The notes: generated by a model not told the origin, from the sequence alone. Counted from the first letter of the stretch, positions 9,093-18,991 are shown. The stretch is DNA of 64,000 bases from a virus (IMGVR_UViG_3300027757_000725:32001-96000), one strand, 5' to 3'. A program made the numbers and translations.

Positions 9093-11870
9093 ATGAGTTA
9101 TCAAAAAATAAAATCAAATCAATTTGAAAACATAATTTTAGGTTCTAACAGCCAAAATTTATTATTATCTAATAATAACAATTCCGAATTAGATATAAGT
9201 TTAAATCGTTTTTTATCGGGAGACATTTCTGTCAGCGGCTCCATATCTGTAAATGACAAAGAGGTTGTAGTTGAAAAACAACAAACCGACAATTCCTCTT
9301 ACTTTGTTTTCCAAGGGGAAAAAAATATTATTAATGGAGAGAACGTTTTTATACAAGGCTATTCAAATAATGTAAATTCAAATTCTGTATTTTTATTTGG
9401 AAGTGAATCAATGACAATGGAAAAAGGTGCTGACAATATCTTTTCTGTAGGTTCAATGAGTGCAAATGCCACAAGTAATAACATAATATCTGTCTCTAAT
9501 CTTCTTGGCAGTAAGAGTATTGTAGACAAATCTTTTGTTTCTTTGTTTTCATTTAGTAATAATTTCTTCAATGGAGAATCGTATTTTGATAATATAAACG
9601 GGGATACAGTTTTTGCTGACGAAACTTTGTCTTGTTCTGATTTGAAATTGCAAAAAGCGAATGTTAGTGGGGCTTTTATATCTGATTACAGGAGCGAATT
9701 TAACGGTAAAGTAGATTTTGATTCTGATTTAAGAATAATGGGTAATAGTTCTTTTTATGACTTATATAAGGGTGAGAGTCAAGTAGCGGATGAACTTTGG
9801 GTTGAATCTAAAAATTATACAACTGGATTAATAACGGGGGATTCAGAATTATCTGATGGGTTTTCATCTTTGGATTTCAATGTATCTGGTGATGCCATCA
9901 TGAGTGGTCAATCGTTAGTGCTGTTAAACGAAGATTTTTTTGTTGATGGAGATTTTATTATAGACCAAAACTTGGATGTAGGGGATAGGTTTTTTAAAAA
10001 AATAACCATAACTGGAGATATAGCAAAAACTTCTAACTCAGATATTTTAAATAGAGCTTCTATTTTTAATTTAAATTATATTATTACAGGTGATTCTTAT
10101 GTTCAGGTTTTTGGAGAAAGTTATATAACGGGAGAAATTACTGGGCAAGATTCCAGTATACAAAATATATTGCACTACTCTGGGGATATGTTTTCAGATA
10201 ATTTATCTTGCAAGGAGGGTTCTTTTCACAGTAATGATTTAAAGGTAGGAGGTGACTCTCATTTTACAGGTTCGGTTAATTTTTTGGATCAGACGAATAC
10301 TGGTTTCGATGTTGTTGGCGCGGTTAACCTGAGTAGTCTTGATGCAAGCATACTTAATGTGAATGCTGAAGATCTAAACTTTACCAATTTTATTAAGTTG
10401 GGTGGGTCGAACTTAGCTACAGAAAGTTGGATTCAAAATAATTTAATGACTGGTTTTGATCAAAACAGATTAAATGGTGGCTTCAATTCTAGTGATTCTT
10501 ACTTCAATAAAATTGATTGTTTTAGTGGAGTCAATATTGAAGGTTATGGTCTTGATGTCGAAAACCTATATATAGATACTGGAGCTGGTTCAGGAGAATA
10601 CAGGACAAGAATAAAATCAAATAAGAGGGTCGATATAAACAATTCATATGGGAATATATCTTACGGTAATGGAAGCTTTTCTGATCTTATTGGTTATTGT
10701 GATAATTTGCAAATTGAAAATGCTGATCAGATTAATTTAAGTTTTATTAATGGAGCTTCAGAAAAAAACTGGGTTTTTGGGACTAACATTATATTAGACA
10801 TAGATGATTCACAATTAAGTGGCATATTAGTTGATAGTGGTGTTATGAATCAACTTTTTGAAAATCAAAATTTAGGCGAGATTGCTCAATTTGCAAATAG
10901 GGAAGTTATACAGAGAAAAACTCGTAACACAATGATACCAAAGCAAAATAATAAAAGCATTAACGTCGAGATATCTTTGAAAAACGATCTTTCTTCTAAT
11001 ACTTCTAAGTATATAAATTCCTCTTCAGTTGGTCTTTCTAAAGGATGTTTGAGGTTTTCCAACATACAAAACAAATATAGAGCATCAGAAGAAAAGAATG
11101 TTGACTTTGCCACTTCTTTGAGGGATAACCTAGTAAAATGGTATGAGTTTGGTTACGATACAAACAAATATAGTATTGTCGATGGCGATATAACAGGTTC
11201 AAGCAGCTTCCAAAAAGTTACTTTCGAAAGTATTAATGGTCATTGGGATGATAATAAAATTGCATTTTGGGAAAGTGATACGTCATCTTCTTCGGAATAC
11301 TTTTCCCTAAGAGACTCTACATCATCAGAACAAGATGTTTTTAATAACAACAGTACTGTTGCCGCTTCTTATATAAGAAGAAATGCAAACTTATCTAATT
11401 CTGGTCTTTCTCAGCTTATTGCTCCATCAAATGGAGGAACCCCTTCTTATGAGGAGGGTTGTTATTTTATTTACGAAAGTGGTAGTTGGCATTTCCAGCC
11501 TAGATTTTGGGGCGTAGATAATACAATATCATCTACTAGCACATTAGATATTGGTTGGGAATTTGAACAATTTCCAGAGTTTGTGACTGTAGTTGGAACG
11601 TCGCAATTTTATGCAAACCAAGACATAGGGCAAGGATTTAAAAATTATTATACTTATAAGACATATCTGAATGGGGGTTTAGTTCATGAAGAGGTTGATA
11701 CAACCGACACAAACTATAATCAAGTTATGTTTATAAATGAACACAATAACCCAAGACAAGCCATGGCTGTGCAAAATGCTGTGATATCATCAAGACCTTG
11801 GGGTCAGTCGGAGATAGATGCTTACTCTAACTCTGGTCAAAGCATTCCTTATTGGAATATTTACCAATAA
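9093..11870 (+). CDS. Large virion fibre/spike-like protein, paralogue 3 of 3, with C-terminal LamG-like lectin domain
   Basis: QKIKSNQ N-terminus; VADELWVESKNYTTGLI; C-terminal LVKWYEF...KTYLNG...ISSRPWGQSEIDAYSN. Confidence 0.6.
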   Translation: MSYQKIKSNQFENIILGSNSQNLLLSNNNNSELDISLNRFLSGDISVSGSISVNDKEVVVEKQQTDNSSYFVFQGEKNIINGENVFIQGYSNNVNSNSVFLFGSESMTMEKGADNIFSVGSMSANATSNNIISVSNLLGSKSIVDKSFVSLFSFSNNFFNGESYFDNINGDTVFADETLSCSDLKLQKANVSGAFISDYRSEFNGKVDFDSDLRIMGNSSFYDLYKGESQVADELWVESKNYTTGLITGDSELSDGFSSLDFNVSGDAIMSGQSLVLLNEDFFVDGDFIIDQNLDVGDRFFKKITITGDIAKTSNSDILNRASIFNLNYIITGDSYVQVFGESYITGEITGQDSSIQNILHYSGDMFSDNLSCKEGSFHSNDLKVGGDSHFTGSVNFLDQTNTGFDVVGAVNLSSLDASILNVNAEDLNFTNFIKLGGSNLATESWIQNNLMTGFDQNRLNGGFNSSDSYFNKIDCFSGVNIEGYGLDVENLYIDTGAGSGEYRTRIKSNKRVDINNSYGNISYGNGSFSDLIGYCDNLQIENADQINLSFINGASEKNWVFGTNIILDIDDSQLSGILVDSGVMNQLFENQNLGEIAQFANREVIQRKTRNTMIPKQNNKSINVEISLKNDLSSNTSKYINSSSVGLSKGCLRFSNIQNKYRASEEKNVDFATSLRDNLVKWYEFGYDTNKYSIVDGDITGSSSFQKVTFESINGHWDDNKIAFWESDTSSSSEYFSLRDSTSSEQDVFNNNSTVAASYIRRNANLSNSGLSQLIAPSNGGTPSYEEGCYFIYESGSWHFQPRFWGVDNTISSTSTLDIGWEFEQFPEFVTVVGTSQFYANQDIGQGFKNYYTYKTYLNGGLVHEEVDTTDTNYNQVMFINEHNNPRQAMAVQNAVISSRPWGQSEIDAYSNSGQSIPYWNIYQ

Positions 11871-11874
11871 GAAA

Positions 11875-12258
11875 TTAATCTATGTCTATTCTGACGTTGG
11901 AGTTCTCAAAGGTTTTCTTTTGATCTCTGAGGTGCTTTTTACCCGTTTTCTTTTTGTAATCTTTAAAAAGCTTCTTCTTAACAGGATCTTCTCCGTCTGA
12001 TGATTTAGAAGCTCTTTCTTCAGAAAGTTCTGCAGAATAGTCCATCATATCGCCCACTGTACCCTTCATATTACCTGTTTTTTCTATGAATCCAGCCCTG
12101 TTGTCTGCATCTAGCTTACTATCAATTGATGCGTTAGGCTTGGTAAAGACTCTTTCCCATTTTAATCCGTCCTCTTCATAAATATGTTCGTCATTCATTT
12201 TTTGAATAACTTCTTTAGAGACTCCAGTTTTAGGATTTTTGTATAAGTAAATAGGCAT
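11875..12258 (-). CDS. FmdB-like small regulatory protein, zinc ligands lost
   Basis: MPIYLY start typical of FmdB zinc ribbons, but CxxCG replaced by NPKTG. Confidence 0.55.
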   Translation of the reverse strand: MPIYLYKNPKTGVSKEVIQKMNDEHIYEEDGLKWERVFTKPNASIDSKLDADNRAGFIEKTGNMKGTVGDMMDYSAELSEERASKSSDGEDPVKKKLFKDYKKKTGKKHLRDQKKTFENSNVRIDID

Positions 12259-12259
12259 A

Positions 12260-13345
12260 TTAAAATATTTTGTTTAGGATTTTATTGGCTGTGTTTGAAT
12301 ATAAAAACTCATCCTGAAGTTTTAGTCCTTCTTTATTTTCTGTTTTCGATAATTTCAAAGCTCTGTCAATACCATCATTTACACTATTTATATCAATTTT
12401 GGAATATTGACCCTGATTAAATGGAAGACCTTCTTTAAAAAACATATTATCATAGCATGGTTGTTTTCCCGTAGGGTTTACAATTACAGAGTTTTTCTCA
12501 TTTGCCCAGTCTTTGTGAGATGAACAGTTAGTAACAATTGACCACTTACCCAAGGAGGTTGCATTAAATGCGGGAAGATTCCAGCCTTCTCCATTAGAGA
12601 GTCCAGATAAATCAATATCTACAGCATTCATTAATTCATTAACCTCTTCATTTGTTTTTAATCTTGGCAGAAAATTAACATTGGACCAAGACTTTCCTCC
12701 AAGAGATTCTTGTATTAATGAATTGAGTTGTTTTTCTTCAAAAAATGGATTGTGAACTAGACATGTAAGCTGATATTTTGGATTATCCCCAAACCTTCTT
12801 ACCCAAAGGTTTATTAATGCTGCTGTGTTTTTTCTTTTTTCAAATTTTCCTATAAGACCAAAATGAGTTATATCTTCGTCCATATATTTTTTACCTGTTC
12901 TATGAAAGTCTGAATCAAAACCCAATGGTATGTAAGATACATTTTCGCAACCTTTATCAGCGAAAAACTTGGCAGATTCAGATGATGAAAAGAAAACATG
13001 CTCTTGAGATTTAACTATATTAATTTCTTCTTCTGTGGGTGAATCAACCTCGTAGAAAGTATAAAGGTATTGTTTGTCGCCAATTTTTCTTTCCGAACCA
13101 TTTATGTGCCAAACTTTTAAAGTTGGTGTGTTTTTGTTAAGGTTTTTAAGAGCATTCCTTTGTGAATTTTTTAACCATTCTACAAAATCATCATCTACAT
13201 TATTAAATGCGGATAATTCAATAGAATTTCCTGTAGGGAATAGGTTTACTTTTACGCCTTGCTTATAAAGCTCCCTTAATATATTTAGTGATACGTTACC
13301 AAAACTCAAAGAGTTTAATGGACCGTCAAAGTTTAATTCTTTCAT
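12260..13345 (-). CDS. GT4-family glycosyltransferase
   Basis: GKFEKRKN; SNGEGWNLPAFNATSLGK. Confidence 0.8.
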   Translation of the reverse strand: MKELNFDGPLNSLSFGNVSLNILRELYKQGVKVNLFPTGNSIELSAFNNVDDDFVEWLKNSQRNALKNLNKNTPTLKVWHINGSERKIGDKQYLYTFYEVDSPTEEEINIVKSQEHVFFSSSESAKFFADKGCENVSYIPLGFDSDFHRTGKKYMDEDITHFGLIGKFEKRKNTAALINLWVRRFGDNPKYQLTCLVHNPFFEEKQLNSLIQESLGGKSWSNVNFLPRLKTNEEVNELMNAVDIDLSGLSNGEGWNLPAFNATSLGKWSIVTNCSSHKDWANEKNSVIVNPTGKQPCYDNMFFKEGLPFNQGQYSKIDINSVNDGIDRALKLSKTENKEGLKLQDEFLYSNTANKILNKIF

Positions 13346-13916
13346 TGCTTACTTTTTTTCTAAAATTTTCTATTGTTCTGTTGTGTATATTTATACATCC
13401 TTGGTGTGAAAGATTAGTTTTCTCTGCAACTTTGTTCCAAGGTTTTAGTTTGTTTGATTCACCACCAAAATATCTTTCATTGAATATCAGCCTGACCCTT
13501 TCGTCTTCGTGATCTGATATCATATTTAGTATTCTGTTTAATGTCTCTTCGTAGATACATGTCTCTTCAGGAGTATTATCAGGAGTCTCAATGAAAAAAT
13601 CAACATAATCGTAATTAATTGAAGAGTTTTTTTTGTTTTTTGTCTTTTCAGTTAAGCAAATATACTTAGCTTTGTTGGCTATGTGTGTGGAAAACTTTGC
13701 TCTTGATTCATCATAGTCTAGTGCGGCTTCATATATATTATAATCTTTTTCATCTAAAATTTGCCCCATTTGCGTATAAGATAGGCTTTTAGATCCAAAC
13801 TTTCTGACCATATTTACATATATACCAGAATGTCTGCTTATCAATTCAATTAAAGCCACCTCGTCTCCGAATTCCTTAACCTTTTCTGTTAATTGAGTAT
13901 CGCTAAAAGTGTTCAT
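13326..13916 (-). CDS. Phage-encoded sigma70-family RNA polymerase sigma factor
   Basis: Region 2 IYEAALDYDESRAKFSTHI; region 4 HTH ERVRLIFNERYF...PWNKVAEKTNLSHQGCINIH. Confidence 0.8.
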   Translation of the reverse strand: MNTFSDTQLTEKVKEFGDEVALIELISRHSGIYVNMVRKFGSKSLSYTQMGQILDEKDYNIYEAALDYDESRAKFSTHIANKAKYICLTEKTKNKKNSSINYDYVDFFIETPDNTPEETCIYEETLNRILNMISDHEDERVRLIFNERYFGGESNKLKPWNKVAEKTNLSHQGCINIHNRTIENFRKKVSNERIKL

Positions 13917-13924
13917 TATTTAAT

Positions 13925-13953
13925 AAAATACCAGAGACAGGCAGTAAAGTCAA
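13925..13953 (-). promoter_or_regulatory. Sigma70-type promoter (TTGACT-17-TATTTT) directly before the sigma gene, near-leaderless
   Basis: Reverse strand TTGACT ttactgcctgtctctgg TATTTT attaaata ATG. Confidence 0.5.
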
Positions 13954-13967
13954 TCTTTATTTTTTTG

Positions 13968-13996
13968 TTGACATGCCCGTATAAAGTTATTATAAT
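13968..13996 (+). promoter_or_regulatory. Perfect consensus sigma70 promoter TTGACA-17-TATAAT with no ORF directly downstream
   Basis: TTGACA 13968-13973, TATAAT 13991-13996. Confidence 0.8.
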
Positions 13997-14001
13997 AATT
14001 C

Positions 14002-14110
14002 ATAACGAAACGGTTCCGCCTCACAAGAGTTTCGCCCTTGAAGGTTTCGCTTTAGTGAAGGTTACGTATTATTAATACTCTCTACGTTCGTATTAATAAT
14101 GGTTTTTTTT
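14002..14110 (+). ncRNA. Candidate ~105-nt structured non-coding transcript or promoter-primed origin element
   Basis: Follows a consensus promoter; repeated GTTTCGC...TGAAG units; 11-bp perfect inverted repeat 14068-14078/14090-14100 followed by a T8 run. Confidence 0.4.
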
Positions 14111-14278
14111 AGAAAAAAACATTAATTTGGGGAAGTTTTATTTCGATATTTTTTATGCGTTTTATTCTTGATTTATTAGAATAATTCCGTATGCTCAGTG
14201 TAAATTAAGTCAGCGAACACCCTTGAGAGCATTTTTAGCTATATTCGCTTTATTAACCTACAAATTAAATATTAAAAC

Positions 14279-15256
14279 ATGAGCATATTCGAAGAGCAAG
14301 TATCAAGAAAACCTAATAATTACCCGTGGGCTGAAGAATTTATTGAAGTTATGCATAATGGCTTCTGGACTGACAAAGAATTCAGTTTTTCTTCTGATGT
14401 TCAAGACTTCCATATAACAATGGACGATCAACAAAGGGAAATAATTATAAGAACTCTTTCTGCTATTGGTCAAATCGAAGTTGCTGTTAAAAAATTCTGG
14501 GCTAAACTGGGAGATAATTTACCACACCCATCTCTTACTGACCTTGGTTATGTGATGGCTAACACGGAGGTTATTCATAACAATGCTTATGAAAGACTGC
14601 TTAAGGTTCTTGGTTTGGAAGATGTTTTCGAAGAAAACTTAAAGTTGGATTTTATTGAGGGTCGTGTTAATTATTTGCGTAAATATACACATAGGTTCTA
14701 CAAGGATTCTAAGAAGCAGTATTTGTATGCGCTTATTTTGTTTACGTTGTTCGTGGAGAATGTTTCTTTAATGAGCCAGTTTTACGTTATTAATTGGTTC
14801 TCCAGAAACAAAAACGTACTCAAGGATACAGAACAGCAGGTAAGATATACAAGAAACGAAGAAAACATTCATGCTCAAGTAGGAATTAAGATCATTAATA
14901 CCATAAGAGAAGAGCATCCAGAGCTTTTCGACGAGGAGCTTGAAGAGCGTATTATGCAAGAGGCTGAACAAGCTTATGTTGCAGAAGCTAAAATTATTGA
15001 TTGGATGGTTAACGGAATTAATGAAGAAGGATTAAGCGCTCCACTACTAAAAGAGTTTATTAAATCTAGGATTAATGATTCACTTGAACAAATTTCATTT
15101 AAGAAGGCTTTTGATGTTGACAATAATGTGATTAAAGATACAATGTGGTTTGAAGAGGAGTTAATGGGAAACAATTCCACAGACTTTTTCCACTCTCGTC
15201 CTGTAGAGTATTCAAAGAAATCACAAACATTCGATCTAGAAAGCGTATTTGCATGA
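14279..15256 (+). CDS. nrdB: Ribonucleotide reductase beta subunit, class Id (NrdBi)-like
   Basis: AIGQIEVAVKKFW (Glu first ligand plus Lys), EVIHNNAY, LFVENVSL, EENIH, C-terminal DFFHSRPVEY. Confidence 0.93.
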   Translation: MSIFEEQVSRKPNNYPWAEEFIEVMHNGFWTDKEFSFSSDVQDFHITMDDQQREIIIRTLSAIGQIEVAVKKFWAKLGDNLPHPSLTDLGYVMANTEVIHNNAYERLLKVLGLEDVFEENLKLDFIEGRVNYLRKYTHRFYKDSKKQYLYALILFTLFVENVSLMSQFYVINWFSRNKNVLKDTEQQVRYTRNEENIHAQVGIKIINTIREEHPELFDEELEERIMQEAEQAYVAEAKIIDWMVNGINEEGLSAPLLKEFIKSRINDSLEQISFKKAFDVDNNVIKDTMWFEEELMGNNSTDFFHSRPVEYSKKSQTFDLESVFA

Positions 15257-16923
15257 AAAAATATTATTGGAACAACAAAACATCACAACAAATTTTAAAC
15301 AGAGGTTATCTTGACGGCGAAAGCTTAATTAGTCGGGTATTGAGCGTCGGGGAATCATTTCAGAAAGACTTCCAGTCTAGAGCTCCCGCCGAACACAAAG
15401 GTAAGTTTTCCGACCTGTGTGAAAAGTTTGAGCATTACATGTCTCTTGGATTCTTTTCTTTATCTAGCCCTGTTTGGGCTAATTATGGAAGAGATAGGGG
15501 TTTGCCTGTTTCTTGTAATGGCGTTTTTGTGCCTGATACAATGGAGGGAATTTTGACAAAGCAGTCCGAAGTCGGTATGCAAACTAAGCATGGTGCTGGA
15601 ACTTCTGGTTATTTTGGTGATCTCAGAGGCAGGGGTAAGTCAATTAGCACAGGAGGAAGCTCATCTGGCTCGGTTCACTTCATGGAGTTGTTTGACAAGG
15701 TGACTTCAGTGGTATCTCAGAGTAGTGTGCGAAGAGGTTCTTTCGCTGCCTATCTCCCTGTCGATCACCCAGATATCGAAGAGTTTCTCCGTATTAGATC
15801 TGATGGACATCCTATTCAGGATTTATCGTTTGCTGTCACCATTACAGACGAATGGATGGAGGATATGAAAGGCGGAGACATTGATAAGCGAAAGATCTGG
15901 GCTAAGATTGTTCAGAAGAAGTTTGAATCAGGCTACCCCTATTTATTTTTCCAAGATACCGCGAACAAGAACGCTCCTCAAGTCTATAAAGATAAAAACA
16001 TGAAGATTTATGCTTCTAATCTTTGTAACGAAATTGCGCTACCTTCCTCACCAGAAGAGTCGTTTGTCTGTTGTTTATCTTCTCTTAATTTGGAGAGGTG
16101 GGATGAGATTGTTAAGACCGATGCTATTGAAACAATGGTTTACTTTCTTGATTCGGTAATGGAGGAGTATATCAATAAGACTGAGGATATTCCTTATATG
16201 GAATTTGACCACAACTTTGCAAAACGCCATAGGGCTTTGGGAATGGGTGTTCTTGGTTGGCATTCTTATTTGCAAGACAATATGGTTTCTTTTGAAAGCA
16301 TGGAAGCAAAGATGAAAAATGCTGAAATTTTTAGAACAATCAGAGAAAGAGCGGACAAAGCCACCGAAGAACTAGCCAAGGTCTTTGGAGAACCAGAAGT
16401 ATTGAAAGGTTATGGTCGCAGAAATACAACAACAATGGCTGTTGCTCCTACAACTACAAGTTCACTTATACTAGGTCAAGTATCTCAAGGGATTGAGCCT
16501 ACTGTCAATTATTATACAAAGAATTCTGCAAAAGGAAAATTTACAATTAGAAGTCCTCACCTAGAGAGATTACTTGAATCTAAAGGTAAAAATACGGAAG
16601 CTGTATGGAAATCTATTCTTGTTAAGGACGGTTCAGTTCAACACTTGGGCTTTCTCGACGAACACGAAAAAGATGTATTTAAAACATTTTCAGAAGTATC
16701 CCAGAAAGAGATTGTAATACAAGCCTCCCAACGCCAGAAATATATTGATCAAGGACAGTCGTTGAACTTAATGGTTCACCCTAAAGCTTCTCCAAAGGAA
16801 GTTAGTGATCTTATGATTTTAGGTTGGGAGATGGGTCTTAAAGGGTTTTATTATCAAAGAAGCACAAATCCAAGTCAGGCTCTCGCTCAATCCATCATGG
16901 AATGTCAGTCCTGCGAGGGTTGA
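15253..16923 (+). CDS. nrdA: Ribonucleotide reductase alpha subunit, compact 556 aa, no ATP cone
   Basis: LSSPVWAN, PVSC, SNLCNEI, APTTTSS, IDQGQSLN, GFYY, C-terminal CQSCEG. Confidence 0.95.
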   Translation: MKKYYWNNKTSQQILNRGYLDGESLISRVLSVGESFQKDFQSRAPAEHKGKFSDLCEKFEHYMSLGFFSLSSPVWANYGRDRGLPVSCNGVFVPDTMEGILTKQSEVGMQTKHGAGTSGYFGDLRGRGKSISTGGSSSGSVHFMELFDKVTSVVSQSSVRRGSFAAYLPVDHPDIEEFLRIRSDGHPIQDLSFAVTITDEWMEDMKGGDIDKRKIWAKIVQKKFESGYPYLFFQDTANKNAPQVYKDKNMKIYASNLCNEIALPSSPEESFVCCLSSLNLERWDEIVKTDAIETMVYFLDSVMEEYINKTEDIPYMEFDHNFAKRHRALGMGVLGWHSYLQDNMVSFESMEAKMKNAEIFRTIRERADKATEELAKVFGEPEVLKGYGRRNTTTMAVAPTTTSSLILGQVSQGIEPTVNYYTKNSAKGKFTIRSPHLERLLESKGKNTEAVWKSILVKDGSVQHLGFLDEHEKDVFKTFSEVSQKEIVIQASQRQKYIDQGQSLNLMVHPKASPKEVSDLMILGWEMGLKGFYYQRSTNPSQALAQSIMECQSCEG

Positions 16924-16943
16924 TTCCCTAAACAAATCAATCA

Positions 16944-16977
16944 GTGTATAAGAATTTTGCAATCCAATTGGATGCAT
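16944..16977 (+). promoter_or_regulatory. GTGTAT motif followed by a 12-bp palindrome ATCCAATTGGAT upstream of hsp20
   Basis: GTGTAT 16944-16949; perfect palindrome 16962-16973. Confidence 0.45.
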
Positions 16978-17007
16978 ATTATAAAAATAACTAACTAAAA
17001 AGTAGAT

Positions 17008-17445
17008 ATGACAACATTAATAAAAAAACAGTGGCCTAAAAACCGACCTCATATATTTGAGGGTGATATATTCAACAGAATGTTTGACTTCATTGACGAT
17101 GGATCTATTCACAATGCGTGGAGTTCTGATCCTTGCAATGTTTATACAACAAAAGAAGGTAAAACCATCCTTGAATTTGCTCTTGTCGGAGCAGATAAAG
17201 AAGATATTAGCATTACTATTTCTGGTCAAAGCTTGAAAATAGAAGCTTCTCCAAAAAGTTTGAGAGAAGAAGATAACGAGTTTTACCAAAAGAAAATTGC
17301 TCAGAGAACACTCAAGAAGATATATACTCTTCATGAAAGAGTTGACAAAGAAGGAATAACTTCTTTTTATAAAAACGGTTTGTTAAAAATAACAATTCCA
17401 GTTGAAAAAGAAGAAGTTAGAGATATAGTAGTTCACATAGAATAA
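17008..17445 (+). CDS. Small heat-shock protein (Hsp20/alpha-crystallin)
   Basis: LEFALVGADKEDISI; YKNGLLKITIP. Confidence 0.92.
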   Translation: MTTLIKKQWPKNRPHIFEGDIFNRMFDFIDDGSIHNAWSSDPCNVYTTKEGKTILEFALVGADKEDISITISGQSLKIEASPKSLREEDNEFYQKKIAQRTLKKIYTLHERVDKEGITSFYKNGLLKITIPVEKEEVRDIVVHIE

Positions 17446-17463
17446 CTTTTCTTGAGAAAATTT

Positions 17464-17498
17464 AACCTCTCTAAGTTTTATTCTTAGAGGGGTTTTTT
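17464..17498 (+). terminator. Intrinsic terminator after hsp20
   Basis: AACCTCTCTAAG-loop-CTTAGAGGGGTT then T run. Confidence 0.8.
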
Positions 17499-17538
17499 AT
17501 TATGTATTTATATCTTTGAATATTAATTAATATACAAC

Positions 17539-18225
17539 ATGTCGCTGCTAGATCAGTTTACAGATTACAAAAAAAACAACACAAAAACAAAATGCTTAAT
17601 TTTGAGTTGTGGTCCATCTTTAAATGGAATAACAAAAGAAAAAGTCAAAGAACTATCTAAAGATCACGTTATAGTAACAATAAAACAATCTTATATAGAG
17701 TTTGGCGACTATAGTGATTTCCAATTTTTTAACTGCAACAATATAATTAAATACGAAAGAAATAAGGCAAAGTTTATTTATTGCTCTCCATCTATGTCAT
17801 CCAATCTTAAAAATCAAAACATAGATATGTACTTTCCAATGTCAGAGTATAACCTTAAAAAAAGACTCTGCCATTTTGAAAATTTAGAAGAATATTTTTC
17901 AATGAATAACATTGGTAAATTTTTTGGGGCTGGTATTATGTTTGAAATAGTACTTCCTTTTGTTTATAATCTTGGAGTGAATGAGATACTAACAGTAGGA
18001 TGGGATTATCACAAAAAAGATGGTAAATACAGTCATTTTTATAAAAATTCTGATAGTAATTCTTTTTTAAATCCAGCTAATCCTCTATTTCTGGGAGAAA
18101 ATGAAGAGTCAATCAACAACAGCAGCAGAGTAAATTCATTTTTTTTATTAAATGGAGTTAATTTATCTTGTGTTGAAAGCAAAGAATGTTTTTTGCATGA
18201 ATCTATAACTAGAGTTTCTTTATGA
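17539..18225 (+). CDS. DUF115/Maf (GT29-like fold) putative CMP-sugar transferase
   Basis: CLILSCGPSLN; LGVNEILTVGWDY; SHFY. Confidence 0.6.
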   Translation: MSLLDQFTDYKKNNTKTKCLILSCGPSLNGITKEKVKELSKDHVIVTIKQSYIEFGDYSDFQFFNCNNIIKYERNKAKFIYCSPSMSSNLKNQNIDMYFPMSEYNLKKRLCHFENLEEYFSMNNIGKFFGAGIMFEIVLPFVYNLGVNEILTVGWDYHKKDGKYSHFYKNSDSNSFLNPANPLFLGENEESINNSSRVNSFFLLNGVNLSCVESKECFLHESITRVSL

Positions 18226-18977
18226 GTGATAATAAATTTAATATACAAGACACAATCAAACGTCTGTTTCATAAAAACCTAATTGGAATCAAACAATCAT
18301 TTGAAGATGAAGGTGGTCTCCTAGAAGATATAAGGGAAATCAGAAAAGTAACTCAGGTAAATGAATTAAAACTAAGTGTCAAAATAGGTGGCTGCGAGGC
18401 AAAATCTGACATATATCAATGTAAACTAATGGGTGTCGACGGAATTGTTGCTCCTATGATTGAAACAGAATTTGCATTACAAAAATTCACAGAAGCCGTA
18501 TCAAACATTGCCAATATTAAATTTTATATAAACATTGAGAGTAAGACTGGCTATGAAAACATAGATAAAATATTAGATTCTCCATCATCAAAAATGTTGT
18601 CAGGCGTAGTGGTTGGAAGATCCGATCTAGTTAAATCATACGGACATGATAAATCATTTGTTAATTCAGATTTTATCTTTGATAAAACTCATGAGATAAT
18701 GAAAAAAGCAAAGTCTTACGGACTGGAAACCCTAATGGGAGGTAACCTATCACCTGACAGTTTTGATTTTATTTCTAAGCTTAAAAAAGAAGAATTGATT
18801 GATTACGTAGAAACAAGAAATACAATTATTAAGGTTGATAACATTTCTGAATTAAAGGATGACATAATTTCAGCGCTTGAATTTGAATCTATTTTGTTGG
18901 ATTTCAAATACAGAAAATACAAAGAAATTTCAGAAGAGTATTATTCCCGTTCTGAGACTCTAAAACAAAGACTGTAA
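18222..18977 (+). CDS. HpcH/HpaI aldolase-citrate lyase family protein
   Basis: VKIGGCEA, GIVAPMIET, INIES, VVGRSDL. Confidence 0.8.
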   Translation: MSDNKFNIQDTIKRLFHKNLIGIKQSFEDEGGLLEDIREIRKVTQVNELKLSVKIGGCEAKSDIYQCKLMGVDGIVAPMIETEFALQKFTEAVSNIANIKFYINIESKTGYENIDKILDSPSSKMLSGVVVGRSDLVKSYGHDKSFVNSDFIFDKTHEIMKKAKSYGLETLMGGNLSPDSFDFISKLKKEELIDYVETRNTIIKVDNISELKDDIISALEFESILLDFKYRKYKEISEEYYSRSETLKQRL

Positions 18978-18991
18978 ATTAAACAATTGCC

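Noticed and set aside
14001-14070. Hammerhead ribozyme (CGAAAC present) or tRNA
   Set aside because: No CUGAUGA core and no cloverleaf or T-loop consensus.
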